NCBI GenBank assembly: GCA_963709405.1 | Contig: CAVPXM010000063.1 | Coordinates: forward strand, 1 to 64,000 | Length of the DNA: 64,000 bases | Source of the DNA: an uncultured Nitrososphaerales archaeon | Lineage (GTDB): Archaea > Thermoproteota > Nitrososphaeria > Nitrososphaerales > Nitrososphaeraceae | Direction: 5' to 3' | Part shown: piece by piece, positions 39,716 through 51,707 of the stretch | Layout: every line of letters begins with the position of its first letter | Position numbering within the stretch: position 1 is the first letter of the stretch | Made by a program: the position numbers and the translations under genes | The notes under the pieces: generated by a model | What the model was told of the DNA's origin: nothing | Seen by the model: the letters and a program-made list of their open reading frames with translations, nothing else | Databases searched by the model: none

Positions 39716-40750
39716 TCAGATTCTAAGCTTATTTAGGATTGATTCTTCACATGGAACTGAAGTGATATTGACCATAATTTTATCTTCACTCCAAACTCTT
39801 ACTGTAGAAACGCTGACCTTAGGAGCGTCTGAATACCGTAAGACTATTGCACCGGCAGTAGATAATACGGACTGGAGGTCAGTTCCCCTTAACATACCCA
39901 CAGGGCCCTTGTATTCTTCTGCTTCAAGCAATAGGTCACGATGGTTAGCAAGTCCCGATATAATTTCATTTTCGTCCTCGTTTCTACCAACTATCAATTT
40001 TGAACCACCGGACAATCTAAAATGTCTGCCTACCTTTAGGAGTTGTATGTCATTCATTGTCATATCACGGTCACCTTTTGTGATAAGGTCCTTAAGTTTC
40101 TTTGAAAAACTTTTATCTGTTAACAAACATCCCCCTGCGGCATTGGGAGGATCAAGTATTCCATACCGCGTTGCAAGCTTAATCTGCTCTTTTCTAGATC
40201 TGCCATTTATGGAATAAAGATTCTCGCGTTTTATGAGACCGATAATCTCTGGCTCAGAAGGTGGAAGGTTACCTGCCGATAATGGTCGTACTACCTTGCC
40301 GGTCATCTGGGCAGCTCGCTCAATAATTTGCAATGCTCTCCTATTCTGACTCATTGGTCTTTGAGAGAGAACCTCTCCAGTAATTAAAAAGTCGGCTCCT
40401 ATATTTTCCATGTGCTCCTTAGCACTTTTATACATCATAGCTCTGCAATCTATACACGGATTCATACCTGAACCATAACCGTATTTTGGATTCTTCACCA
40501 TTTTCAGATATTCTTCCCCCAGATATACGGTTTTAAGCTTAATCCCCAAATCAGCTGCTACCTCCTTTAGATTGTGTCCACATCCTCTACCACAGTCGAA
40601 ATCACAAAATGGTGTTTTAATTGCTACTGCTTCCACGTCTATGCCCTGTTCTCGGATGATTCTAACTGCTAGATTACTATCAAGACCTCCAGATAATAGT
40701 GCTACTGCCTTCTTTTTCTCTGCATTGGTATCAATTTCCCGCATGGGCAT
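39716..40750 (-). CDS. PP-loop tRNA thiouridylase-like protein (ThiI/MnmA-like) with C-terminal DUF814-like domain
   Basis: LLSGGLDS, NPCIDCR, TGEVLSQRPMSQ, AGGCLLT and GRHFRL..IVGRNE.EN. Confidence 0.85.
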   Translation of the reverse strand: MPMREIDTNAEKKKAVALLSGGLDSNLAVRIIREQGIDVEAVAIKTPFCDFDCGRGCGHNLKEVAADLGIKLKTVYLGEEYLKMVKNPKYGYGSGMNPCIDCRAMMYKSAKEHMENIGADFLITGEVLSQRPMSQNRRALQIIERAAQMTGKVVRPLSAGNLPPSEPEIIGLIKRENLYSINGRSRKEQIKLATRYGILDPPNAAGGCLLTDKSFSKKLKDLITKGDRDMTMNDIQLLKVGRHFRLSGGSKLIVGRNEDENEIISGLANHRDLLLEAEEYKGPVGMLRGTDLQSVLSTAGAIVLRYSDAPKVSVSTVRVWSEDKIMVNITSVPCEESILNKLRI

Positions 40751-41207
40751 AGTCTAAAAATGCTTCTGGACAACAAAGACATATAATCATATTGTTTCGT
40801 TTTCAGTACTTTGAAGACGCAGGTCTTCCCGACAAAATTTCAATACTAATGTAGGAAGCGTTGGTTTATCGAGTGTGCTTCTCACATTCTTATCGATAAC
40901 ACCAGTCTGGGAACTGAACGTGCTGAAGAAAGCTATTCAACTATGAATGACCCTTATCGGCAATACTAAAATAAACTTATATGCACTTTCTTGATAGAAT
41001 CGACTTTCTTCATAGCCATGACAAATACTCCAGAATCAGCCGACTCACCTATGGGTATTTCTCTACTCAGAATAGCTTTACTAACGATTATATCCATGAA
41101 GACATAATTATGAATTGAAATGGTCTTCGAAGCTATCACAAATTTTGACTCGTATGTGTGGGCCGCACTAGGTCTCTTTGTTGCAGGTTTGTTGGGAGTA
41201 ATAATAT

Positions 41208-44042
41208 ATGAAAAATCGTCCTCTGGCTCAAAACAATATAACGAGGATAAGGGAATCTCTTCCAATATCTAAAAGTTTTGACGGCGAACAATACATTTAC
41301 GAAAAATTCAAGTGGGAAGGCTTTGAATCTCTAACTGAAGTTCAACAGAAATCTATACCTGTCATAGGAAGGAAGATTAACACTCTCGTCATCGCCCCTA
41401 CCGGCTCAGGAAAGACTGAAGCCGCAATGATGCCTATACTAGCTTTACTAAGCAACATGCGCAACGCAGCTCACTGCCCAGACTCAAAGTCCATCGGTAT
41501 CAGGGCCATTTACGTGACCCCACTTAGGGCATTGAATAATGACGTATTTCGAAGAATAATAAAATATGCAGAGTCAGAACATTTGAAGGTACAGATCAGA
41601 CATGGCGACACAACTTTAAAAGACAAAAGGAAAATCACGGACTGTCCACCTGACGTACTTATAACCACACCTGAATCCCTTGCGATAATACTAGTGAATG
41701 AAAAGATACTCGACCATCTTAAGAATCTGCAATGGGTTATAATAGACGAGGTGCACGAGATTCTTTCGAGTGAGCGAGGTGCGCACTTATCTGTGAGCCT
41801 AGAACGGCTGGAAGTGGCCTCTTCATACGCGATTACAAGAGTAGGAATGTCAGCTAGTATAGGCAATATTCGTGAGGCAGCAAAATTTCTCGCAGGTTCC
41901 GAGAGAAAAAGCGCGATCATTGTAGATAAATCTATAAGAGCGTATGATATCGAGGTCAAGTTCATAAAAGGGTCGATAAACAGTGTTGCGACATTTATTT
42001 TGGATTATGTTCGGATAAATTATGCTAACTCAAATCGAAATGACGCTTCGATTCTACTGTTTACCAACACTCGAGATGAGGCAGAATACATTGGAACTGT
42101 TCTAAGAAATAATGACTTGATTCATGTTGATGTGCATCATGGATCTTTATCTAGAGAAATGCGCGAAGAGACGGAGCAGAAATTGAGAAGAGGAGGTGCT
42201 GGTATAGTTGTCTGCACTTCTTCATTAGAGCTGGGCCTAGATTTAGGATCGGTAGACCTCGTAATACATTATGGTTCCCCAAGGCAGGTAACGAAACTAT
42301 TGCAGAGAATCGGAAGAAGCAGGCATAAACAAAATCTTTCTGCTAAGGGATTGATTATAACAAATATTCCTGATGACGAGGCAGAGGCCCTAGCAATCAT
42401 TCGGCTTGTGAAGAGCGGTAGCGTTGAGGAGCAACGACTGCATAATGGGGCGTTGGATGTTTTAGCTCACCATATAGTTGGGCTCTGCCTCCAGAGTAAG
42501 AACGAGGTAAAAATAGACTTTGCATTTGGGATCATTAGAAAAGCCTATCCCTTTATTAGAACCACAATTGATGATTTCCTCGGGTGCATCGAACTACTTG
42601 GCACTAACCAGATCATAAGGTATAATATGAAAGACCATTCCTACAAACGGATGAGGAAAGCTTACAAATATTATTTTGAAAATATTTCAACGATCCCTAC
42701 CGTTTTAAAATTTGAAGTAATTGATTGTGTCAACAAACGTAGAATCGGTACATTAGATCAGCAGTTTGTTGGCGACTATGGCGAACACGGTAACGTCTTT
42801 GTACTAAAAGGCTCGCAGTGGAGAATCGTCTCTATCGATGAAAAACGAATGATTTTAAATGTCGAGCCTTTGCAAGTAGGTTCTTTAAACGTTCCATATT
42901 GGATAGGGGAAATGATTCCGATAGACCCCCTTACAGCTCAACATGTAGGCCAGATTAGACAGGAATCTTTAATGAAGAAGATTCTAACAGATGATACTGT
43001 TCGCAAAATTCATGAAGAGTTGCAAGTCATCCCGGGTGCAAATAGAATTGTAATTGAAAGGTCAGTTCGAATGAATGCATTGGTAATTCATTCATTGTTT
43101 GGTACTAAAGTAAATAATTCCCTAGCCTCGTTACTTTCAACACTGCTGTCTTCGCAATTAGGATATTCTGTAGAAGCGAAAAGTGATGCATATAGGATAT
43201 TCATTACATCCACTGCTAGAATAAATGAAGCTCATATTCGAAAAATCTTTATTGATGAATATAATGTAGAAGATGTAATAATCGCATCGTTAACTGGAAC
43301 CCCTAACATAAATTGGAAGGTATGGTCGGTAGCGAAGAAGTTCGGTGTTGTCAGTCGTGAAGCAATCTATGATAAAAAAGTAGCAAGGATGATTTACGAT
43401 AGATATTTTAATACCGTCCTTACTAGGGAGTCGATTAGAGAAATAATACACGACAAATTCGATTTTCAACTGACCAAGCAGATCATAATGAATATTCGAA
43501 AAGGAGACATCACCTTCCACTGGCGAGAGGTTGATGAGTTCTCTGACCTCGCGAGACCAATAACTGAGCATACGGCTAGATTTTCGTCCACTCCATTGTC
43601 TACAGAAAGTGGCGTAATTGAACTAATGAAGGAAAGATTAGAGAAGACCAAACATCGACTAATCTGCATGCGATGTGGTAATTGGGAAAGGATAATGGAG
43701 ACTCGCGAAGTACCTGAATCCATCGTTTGTCCACGTTGCAAATCTAGGCTTATTGGAGCAACTTTTTGGTCCGATAATGCTCTATCCCAGACAATATCCA
43801 TGAGAATAAAAGGGCTGAAATTGAGTTCTGAAGAAAATAAACGATTCGAACGGGTATGGAAGACAGCGTCTCTAATTAACAGTTTTGGGACTACCGCATT
43901 TAGGGTGCTTGCAGGTCATGGGATAGGTGCCGATACTGCAGCGCGAATATTGCGAGACTATGTCAATGATGACGAGATGTATAAGAGTATTTACCAGGCA
44001 GAGAGATCATACGTCATGACACGTGGATTCTGGGCAGATTAA
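41208..44042 (+). CDS. Lhr-like SF2 DEAD/DEAH helicase
   Basis: APTGSGKT, TPLRALNND, TTPESL, DEVHE, HHGSLS, TSSLELGLD, QRIGRS and a C-terminal Zn finger. Confidence 0.93.
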   Translation: MKNRPLAQNNITRIRESLPISKSFDGEQYIYEKFKWEGFESLTEVQQKSIPVIGRKINTLVIAPTGSGKTEAAMMPILALLSNMRNAAHCPDSKSIGIRAIYVTPLRALNNDVFRRIIKYAESEHLKVQIRHGDTTLKDKRKITDCPPDVLITTPESLAIILVNEKILDHLKNLQWVIIDEVHEILSSERGAHLSVSLERLEVASSYAITRVGMSASIGNIREAAKFLAGSERKSAIIVDKSIRAYDIEVKFIKGSINSVATFILDYVRINYANSNRNDASILLFTNTRDEAEYIGTVLRNNDLIHVDVHHGSLSREMREETEQKLRRGGAGIVVCTSSLELGLDLGSVDLVIHYGSPRQVTKLLQRIGRSRHKQNLSAKGLIITNIPDDEAEALAIIRLVKSGSVEEQRLHNGALDVLAHHIVGLCLQSKNEVKIDFAFGIIRKAYPFIRTTIDDFLGCIELLGTNQIIRYNMKDHSYKRMRKAYKYYFENISTIPTVLKFEVIDCVNKRRIGTLDQQFVGDYGEHGNVFVLKGSQWRIVSIDEKRMILNVEPLQVGSLNVPYWIGEMIPIDPLTAQHVGQIRQESLMKKILTDDTVRKIHEELQVIPGANRIVIERSVRMNALVIHSLFGTKVNNSLASLLSTLLSSQLGYSVEAKSDAYRIFITSTARINEAHIRKIFIDEYNVEDVIIASLTGTPNINWKVWSVAKKFGVVSREAIYDKKVARMIYDRYFNTVLTRESIREIIHDKFDFQLTKQIIMNIRKGDITFHWREVDEFSDLARPITEHTARFSSTPLSTESGVIELMKERLEKTKHRLICMRCGNWERIMETREVPESIVCPRCKSRLIGATFWSDNALSQTISMRIKGLKLSSEENKRFERVWKTASLINSFGTTAFRVLAGHGIGADTAARILRDYVNDDEMYKSIYQAERSYVMTRGFWAD

Positions 44043-44062
44043 TGATTCTACGCAATAGAAAA

Positions 44063-45486
44063 TCAGGTCTTCGGATTTATTCTTGTGATAGAAGAGTAAG
44101 GTTTTAACGTAATTTCGGCATTTCCTTGTAGACCGTTACTTGCAAAAGCACCTATTATTCTAATTCGATCACCTAAAGCAAGAGAATTTATGCTCAAACT
44201 CAAATCTCGCCATCCTATTAGTCTTATTTCTCCAGAATCATCACCGAGCAGTGTATCGGTCATTGTTATCATTTCGTTATTCCTAGTGTTAATTTGCATA
44301 CTATTCGGATGCTGCAAAACTATTGCCTCTATTATGTATGGGATATTCGATGCTACTATGTCGCTGATCTTAGTCTGGTAGTTAAATGCACTCGGGAATG
44401 AAGCATCTTCATCCAACAACCTGATATAGGAATCGTTTATTGTCAGCGTTATGTTCGTGCCAAGAATCCTGCTTGGAACACACTCTATTAATGAGCCAGT
44501 AGTCATATCGCTTGGGACAAGGGCTTTATCAATTGCAACTGAAACCAATTTACCATCACCCAATAGACCCAAGCAACTCAAACTGTCTCTAGTATTATCG
44601 GTTCCAATTGAAATTATCCTCAATGTCATCATCTCAATGTCAGGTTGCTTATGCGAGGTCACTAACATGGTAGCCTCATCCCCGTGAATTTCAAAATCTC
44701 CGTTACCGTACTGAGGATTTCCGGGTTTGATTTTTACCCCTATTAGTTTAATTTTGGATCCAATGGTGAATACTTTAGGAATTCTTATCTCAGCCACATT
44801 CCAAATTATTGTACGCAAGGATCGTGTACCATCTTCGTTAAACAGCTGCATTTGCAGAGATCTGCTCATTCCCCCACGTGAATCTCGGTACTCAGAAATC
44901 CGCGGGTTCGATTTAATGTAACCTTCAATCACAATGTTATCAACCGGGGAATCTACATCATCTATAATTTTTGTTTTAGAATCCAAACTGGGAATATTGT
45001 TAGGTGACTCGTTCGTTTTTTCTAATTGACAATCTGTACCAATATTAACAATCGGTTTTCCGTCTAGTCCTGTCTTAACGTATCCTCTGCTTATTTTTAC
45101 CAAGTCTCCAGGTCGAAGCCCTATTTCATCAGGCACGTAAACCTGGTTGTCCCAAAGTTTGATTTTGATACTAGATTGATGATCATAGATTACCATAGTA
45201 CGATTTTTGACTATTTCGATATTATCCTTCTTTGTATATTCTCTTGGAGAATAAATGGTAAGGATCCTGCCATACAACGTCACGTCTTTAGCTCCTACGT
45301 AGAGGTCGCTTATAGATGCCGGGGACTTTTGCTCTCTAATGAAATACCCAAATCTGCAGCAACTAAAAAGAGTGCTCCCTGTTCAGTTAGATAACCCGCG
45401 CCGATCTTCTGTTTCTTTGCCTCGATCAAATCCTTCAATTTATCAATTGTTAAGTCACTTCTTTGTTCTGTCAAATACTGAAGCAT
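44063..45486 (-). CDS. multi-OB-fold single-stranded DNA-binding protein (RPA-like), apparent frameshift near 45325
   Basis: ORF 44063..45283 has OB folds (D.SGEIRLIGW). An upstream frame from ATG 45486 (KKQKIGAGYLTEQGALFLVAADLG) supplies the N-terminus, with a GGAGGT RBS at ~45517-45522. Confidence 0.8.
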
Positions 45487-46036
45487 TCTTTCAAAATCGG
45501 TGGATATAGTTAATAAACCTCCAATAACATCTCAAGATCATTATATTAATTGTGATACTTCACTTGCCTATATATCTTGACCAATTCTATTATTGAGGTC
45601 AGATTTGCATATTTAAGGTTTAATCATTTGTACGCATAATGAAAAATTAAACCGTGACTTGCGAAATTCAAAAATTACTTTTAGGAGTACAACACAACGG
45701 AGACCCAAATCGTAAACAAGGATATGCAGATACATACCATTTTTACAATGCATTAGAAAATATTCTGAGGGCGTGTTTAGTAGGCCGGTCTTTCAGTTTA
45801 TTTTGGCAGTGTCCCCAATTTTATTAATGTATCAAATTAGGATCTGTAAAGTGTCATTAAAGATTCCTGAGATCGAAGATATCACCCATAGATAGTTTCT
45901 CGTCGACATTATCGTCTTGCCAAACCTCATAGGCTAGCAAGTGTTTGAATATTTACGGCCTCGATATTAACTAACTCATCTCGAACCAAACCGACTTAGA
46001 TAAGGGTATTTTAGGCATCATATACTGTTTAGCAGC

Positions 46037-46336
46037 CTAATTTGAGACTCTTTTAACTTGTTCATTGTCTATCTCAAATGTGAATCTAGAACCTTGAAAC
46101 TGCTCTGAACCAGATCTTTGCCAGCTTACGAAATACGACTTTGTAATACATTTTCCGATTATCTTAATTTCTTGCGGAAGTTGTGTGTATAATGTTTCTA
46201 ACTTCTCTGGATCCCTTGTCATCAATAAACTCCTTCTTCTTTTCATCAAATACTTTATTGCCACATTCTTGTGAACTTGACCTTCAACTGGAATTGTCTC
46301 TTGGCCGATATCGATAAGGAACTGGCGTTTAGTCAA
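46037..46336 (-). CDS. hypothetical protein
   Basis: 99-aa ORF (KYLMKRRRSLLMT..GSRF.F) with plausible composition. Confidence 0.7.
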   Translation of the reverse strand: MTKRQFLIDIGQETIPVEGQVHKNVAIKYLMKRRRSLLMTRDPEKLETLYTQLPQEIKIIGKCITKSYFVSWQRSGSEQFQGSRFTFEIDNEQVKRVSN

Positions 46337-46435
46337 TCAAATACGATAAAACGTGCGAGTATACAAAAGCCTGTGGGTTAAAATTAGTAAATGTTTTGAA
46401 AAAAATAGGCATACATAATCAACTAGTTAATTAAT

Positions 46436-47473
46436 TGTTGTACTTCCTAACATAGGTGACATTATAGCTTACAGACATGGGTTACACTTCTGTCAAGAAG
46501 TGTATACATATAGAAATCATAACTAAATTCAACCTAATCCACGAAAAAGAATGGACTGGTGACACCATAAGCAATATTTGTAAAAAGTATAGTGTCTCCA
46601 GGAAAACTTATTACAAATGGAATAAGAGATATGAACAGAAAGGAACAGAAGGTCTATCCGATAGCTCAAGAAGACCCCACAATATCAAGTACAAGAAGAT
46701 AACATCTGAAATACAGGAAACAATACTTGATCTACGATTAACCAAAAGGTTTGGATGTAATAGGATCAAGTTTAGATTGAGAAAGATTATTGGAATCTCA
46801 TTAAGCACTCGAACCATATACAAGATACTAAAGAGACATGGTCTAAATGTTCTAAACTGTAAGACAAGGAATAATAAAAAATACAAAAGGTTTGCAATGA
46901 AACGACCTAACGATATGGTACAGATGAATATTCTTGGACCGTTTTATATTCGTAATTCCAGTCAAAGGAATTATTACATCATTAGCTGTTTAGACGATTG
47001 TTCAAGAAAAGTAGCTAGCAAGTGGTCTGAAAGAAAGAGGTCAGTTGATGTTCTCAATGTACTAGAGGACTGGATAATGACTAATGGTAAGCCCAAGAAG
47101 ATAATGCATGATAATGGAAAACAATTTACGTCCAGAATATTCAGACATTTCCTGGTACACAACCAGATAAAGGATAAACAAATACCAAATTCCTATCCGC
47201 AGTTACAAGGAAAGATAGAAGCATATAACAAGATAGTAAAGAATGAATTTCTAGCAATAGAAGATATACCAAACATAGATGATGGTAAACAAAGGTATGA
47301 TATCTTTGTAAAAGCGTACAATGAAACTAGAGAACATGGAGGCATAAATGGTCTTACTCCATCAGAGATGTTTCTACAAAGATTAATTACATCCACCGTA
47401 CATACAATAACAAGCAGCAAAGTGTAACCCATGTAGGTACTTAATAATGTAACCTATCTGTGCAAGTACAACA
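46436..47473 (+). mobile_element. IS481-family insertion sequence; transposase 46477..47427
   Basis: Ends TGTTGTACTT.. / ..AAGTACAACA, 6-bp TSD ATTAAT. N-terminal HTH (SRKTYYKW..RY) and rve core (DDCSR, DNGKQF, PQ.QGKIE). Confidence 0.92.
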
Positions 47474-47593
47474 ATTAATTAACTAATTAATTTCCGTTAT
47501 TAGATTTAATGATTTTAGTTCAATTAGGTACGCCACTCATCAACCAAATACAATACAAGAATCAAAAGGTCTTTATCCCAGATTTCATGAGAA

Positions 47594-47827
47594 ATGGTGT
47601 TGAAGCTCTCTTATAAAAGGGCGCCGAGGTCCGCTAGGCGAACTCGCAAGCCCCTACAGGACAATTGGCCTAAAGGTCCTGTCAAGGGTACATGGATTAC
47701 ATGTACATATAAAAAGTGCGCATTCACGTGGAAGTATTTCGGAGGGCGAAGATGGGCCGAATGTCCAATCTGTCATAGCGTTATGAAGGTTGCCGCATCT
47801 AAAAGAATTTTTAACTATCAAAGATAA
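47594..47827 (+). CDS. small basic zinc-ribbon protein
   Basis: CTYKKC..W.Y.G....ECPIC. Confidence 0.65.
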   Translation: MVLKLSYKRAPRSARRTRKPLQDNWPKGPVKGTWITCTYKKCAFTWKYFGGRRWAECPICHSVMKVAASKRIFNYQR

Positions 47828-48382
47828 CTTAGCAGCTTTTGAGCTCGAGGGTTTCAAGCCCAATTCTACGCGTTTTTGACAATATTGTGGGATTGTTATA
47901 TTCATTCATTAATTGCACACAATCTCAGACACGTATGGGATTTTTGGTAATATTCAGAATTCACTCTTCGGATGGGAAAAAGCTATGAATAATGATTTGG
48001 AGGATTTCTGCTCCTGTTAATTTGCCTTGCCAATCCCAGTCAATTCGCGAGTCCGCAGATGACTCCCTCTGTATTGATCGTTTAACTTCTAAAAAACAAT
48101 TCAGCGAGATCGCCCGGATCATTTTTCACATGATTATGCTGAGGAAAATTTGTGGCCTTTCTAAACGTCTTGGATATGGGACTAAATCAACTTATGCATC
48201 CAACGGATTCATTTTCGATTGTTCAATGATGCGTGTTTGGTTTATGATCCTCAGCGTTCCAATTGTAAGTCCGAAACTGATTAAGCATTCCCACAGCGAA
48301 ATATATATTGAAGCAGTCCAACTATTTTGAGACATTTGAATTCTTCCGTGACTTCATTGACTGAGTACGCTAGTATATAATG

Positions 48383-48456
48383 CGGGGTCGGCCGGATTCG
48401 AACCAGCGGCCTCCAGCGCCCAAGGCTGGCATCATACCATGCTAGACAACGACCCC
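48383..48456 (-). tRNA. tRNA-Pro(TGG)
   Basis: Reverse complement GGGGTCGTTGTCTAGCATGGTATGATGCCAGCCTTGGGCGCTGGAGGCCGCTGGTTCGAATCCGGCCGACCCCG folds as a cloverleaf. Confidence 0.93.
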
Positions 48457-48557
48457 ATACATTTATTTCACAGTTTGAATTTCTTTAATTGTCGATAATT
48501 TTAAGCTTGTTAGCTACATATGTCTAAATATACCGTGAACATTTTGAATTCTGATAC

Positions 48558-49454
48558 ATGGATTATCTTGAATGCTACCGAAAAGCAGGTAAAATAGCAT
48601 CCGAAGTGAGAAAAAATTCCAAAACAGAAAACCACGTCGGTAGATCACTATTTGAGATATGTGAGTCTGTAGAATATGATATCAAGAGACTGGGAGGCAC
48701 GCCGGCGTTTCCAGTAAATGTTAGTTTGAATGACATTGCAGCTCATTACACTGCTGAGCCTAATGACACAATTACGGTTAAAGATGGTGATGTGGTGAAG
48801 ATTGACATTGGAGTTCATGTTGATGGCTTTATCGCCGACACCGCAGTCACTGTATGTTACAATCCGAAATATGACGCGCTTGTGCGAACTGCAGAACTAG
48901 CACTCGATGGAGCAATTAGAATAGCAAAGGCCAATACCAGTGCTAGTGACATCGGAAAAGTCATAGAATCCAATATATCCCAACATGGCTTCAGACCCAT
49001 CCAAAATCTGAGTGGACATTCCCTTGAACAGTTTAAAATCCACGCAGGTAAATCCATTCCCAACATAAGGACCATAGGACCTTCGATTGTCTTGGCTGCG
49101 AACCACGCCTATGCAATAGAACCATTTTTAACTACTAAGGACGGTCAAGGTGTAGTCTACGAAGGAAAAACTTGCAATATATTTAGCGTGATTTCCAGGA
49201 AGCCATTAAAGGAAAAGCACGTTAATGATTTCCTTGAGGACATTTGGAATAGATATAAAACGCTCCCTTTTAGTGCGAGATGGCTGACTAATGAATATGA
49301 AATCAACGAAATTATGGTGCTTATCGACACTCTAAGGAGAAAGCGGAATCTTCATGGATACCCTATCTTAGTTGAGGGTAACAGCAAGGTTGTAGCTCAA
49401 GCTGAACACACACTGATTCCATCATATAACGGTACTGACGTGATCACTCTCTAA
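48558..49454 (+). CDS. map: type II methionine aminopeptidase
   Basis: AFPVN.S.N.IAAHYT, KIDIGVHVDG.IADTA, NLSGH, AIEPF and AQAEHT. Confidence 0.95.
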   Translation: MDYLECYRKAGKIASEVRKNSKTENHVGRSLFEICESVEYDIKRLGGTPAFPVNVSLNDIAAHYTAEPNDTITVKDGDVVKIDIGVHVDGFIADTAVTVCYNPKYDALVRTAELALDGAIRIAKANTSASDIGKVIESNISQHGFRPIQNLSGHSLEQFKIHAGKSIPNIRTIGPSIVLAANHAYAIEPFLTTKDGQGVVYEGKTCNIFSVISRKPLKEKHVNDFLEDIWNRYKTLPFSARWLTNEYEINEIMVLIDTLRRKRNLHGYPILVEGNSKVVAQAEHTLIPSYNGTDVITL

Positions 49455-50190
49455 TCACTAAATATCAAAGATATGCGATATTATTCAGTGAAGTCGTTGT
49501 TCGAGGCCACCCCCAACAGATCAGACTGATCCAAAAATAATGCATATTTATTTTCGTCTCTACAATAAAAGCTATAAACTCAGTTCGAACCTTCTGATAT
49601 TCGATACATTTTATGTGGGTTAAGATATTACAGATTAAATTTGCCCGACTTACAACAGTACTTTCCGAATATTTGGATAATATTACTAACCTATTAGCGG
49701 GTATTTTGGCATATTGCCTGGCGTCTTTAAGTATTTATGACATCTTAATTAACTTTGGTTGAGTTAATGCAGTTATTGCCTCATTTTCATATGAACGATA
49801 GTTATAGAGATTCTGCTAAAGCTCGATCACGACAGATTTTAGATCATTTATAAGAAATTCTACTTTAGATTACTCCATTTTGTTACACCATGCTGCGCAA
49901 TACAGTAAAGAAAATTAGTCTTACCTGAAGGTATAGTTAACCCAGGAGGGTTAAATTTTCCGGGACTGCTGCGCTACGCTGCAAAGCTAAACACAAGATT
50001 GATATTGAAACCGGTCATTATGCACTAATTTGACTCCTGCATTATAGCAGTTGAACAATGCAATAAAAACACGCTATGATATTGCAAGCATCGAATATCT
50101 ACCACATTAGATTCATCAGTGACTGACTTCTCATAACAAGATGTTTAATATCTTTTATAAAGAATGGACCCTAATTTGCTTTGATAAGAG

Positions 50191-50397
50191 TTGAGCGAGG
50201 AAAGTCAGCCAAATCCGAGTCCAAAATTTGTGTACGCTGTTATAAAAATGCCTGATGGGAAGGAACATGAAATCCCTTTACCACCTAAGGTATTTAGTTC
50301 TGGAAGGCAGGGATACTATGCTCAAATACCTTCGTTCGTTTATAACAACGAGGTATATGGAGGGCAGATTCAGCTTTGGAAGAAAGGGTCTAAATAA
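50191..50397 (+). CDS. small hypothetical protein
   Basis: 68-aa ORF (PKVFSSGRQGYY..GGQIQLW) with TATA-like upstream element. Confidence 0.7.
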   Translation: MSEESQPNPSPKFVYAVIKMPDGKEHEIPLPPKVFSSGRQGYYAQIPSFVYNNEVYGGQIQLWKKGSK

Positions 50398-50663
50398 TCA
50401 CTTGTCAGATTGCCTTATCATACTGATTTAATTACATATCCTAGTTCAAATGTAAGTAGCTCATTAGGAATTTATAAATGAAGAAGTATTCTTGATGGAA
50501 ACGCGGACTTATCGTATTGTCTCTTTGCTTTCATTTAACGGTGAAATAAGTGATATTCGAAAGAAGTCAAATGGTAAATTGACATGGTATACTTCCCATC
50601 TATGCTCAAACCCGGCTAATACAGTCAGCCGTTTATCCCATGAAATACGAAGATAATATCGCG

Positions 50664-51707
50664 TTACTTAAACTCATCTTCAAGTATTTTCTTCTTACGC
50701 GTCATCTGGAATAATTTATCTGCTCTTTTGATTGCATCAGCCCTATCCCTCCTAAAATACATTGACTGAAGAAGCAAATAGTTTTCAGGAATCACCATTC
50801 CGGTTTGATCGTCTGAGTAAACTATTTTAACGACATCGTCTTGAACTCGGAGTACTTCTTGATGGATATGTGCCATCTGGGTATCGCCATGTGGAAAACC
50901 CAATTCAATTGCTTTATTCCTAACGTTGGCGGTGCCTTTAGCAGAATTAAGTAAGGCAACCCCAAATTCACCTCTGAATACTTCTAAAATACTGTCTCTC
51001 GTGGGGGCTTTGCCATCAAATCGTATCAGCATCTGGTGAACATGCATCATCCTCGAAGGCACCTTCAGTGCATCAACGAACAGATTCGCGGAGGGGATAA
51101 AATCCTTCACATCGTCTTGATGATGTGGGTTTTTGTCCCATTCAATAGAATCCTTCACCTCTTTTGAATCCTCTAAGTCTGCCCATCTCCTGACCAACGT
51201 TACATCAAACCTTTTTATTTGATTTCCGTATTTCTCAATTAATGGTTGCATGAGTCTTCCCATTCCGGAAACGTTGCAGCTACCTTGAATAACGTAGTCC
51301 TTACCCGAAGCCTTGTCGTAATTTACTCGTGAGTTATGGATCATATCTGCCACGCTATACGGACCATACCTATCTTCTCCTCCCTGAAAAATAGCTGGCT
51401 TTTTTAAAGGTGTATAAAATTTCTGTTTATTTTCAAAGCCGCGGCCCTCCTTCGAAGCATCTAAAATAAAATCACTGCATTGACATGCCTCATCGATGGT
51501 CCCTGCGATCTTATACCCCTTCTGTTGAAACAAGTCAAATTTATCCGCGGGGACATATACGTCTATATCATTATCCAGAGCTTCAAGGATCTTATCATCC
51601 ATTGAATATTTAGCAACTCCGACCATCTTAATTTCATCGTCCATTAAGACAGCTGTAGCAAGACGCCTGCCAATATTTCCGTATCCGTTTATAAACAATC
51701 TTACCAA
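50664..51707 (-). CDS. gap: archaeal type II glyceraldehyde-3-phosphate dehydrogenase
   Basis: NGYGNIGRR, FQGGE, SCN active site, RR.AD, HH..DV and VIPEN. Confidence 0.9.
   Translation of the reverse strand: MVRLFINGYGNIGRRLATAVLMDDEIKMVGVAKYSMDDKILEALDNDIDVYVPADKFDLFQQKGYKIAGTIDEACQCSDFILDASKEGRGFENKQKFYTPLKKPAIFQGGEDRYGPYSVADMIHNSRVNYDKASGKDYVIQGSCNVSGMGRLMQPLIEKYGNQIKRFDVTLVRRWADLEDSKEVKDSIEWDKNPHHQDDVKDFIPSANLFVDALKVPSRMMHVHQMLIRFDGKAPTRDSILEVFRGEFGVALLNSAKGTANVRNKAIELGFPHGDTQMAHIHQEVLRVQDDVVKIVYSDDQTGMVIPENYLLLQSMYFRRDRADAIKRADKLFQMTRKKKILEDEFK

Noticed and set aside
45580-45610. Weak similarity to the reverse complement of the CRISPR repeat
   Set aside because: Single, gapped, AT-rich match with no periodic neighbours; probably chance.
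47992-48330. 112-aa ORF next to tRNA-Pro
   Set aside because: No motif and atypical composition; cannot be supported on either strand.
49455-50190. 730-bp intergenic gap with a small hairpin (TTAACCC..GGGTTAA)
   Set aside because: No recognisable ncRNA, repeat array or ORF.
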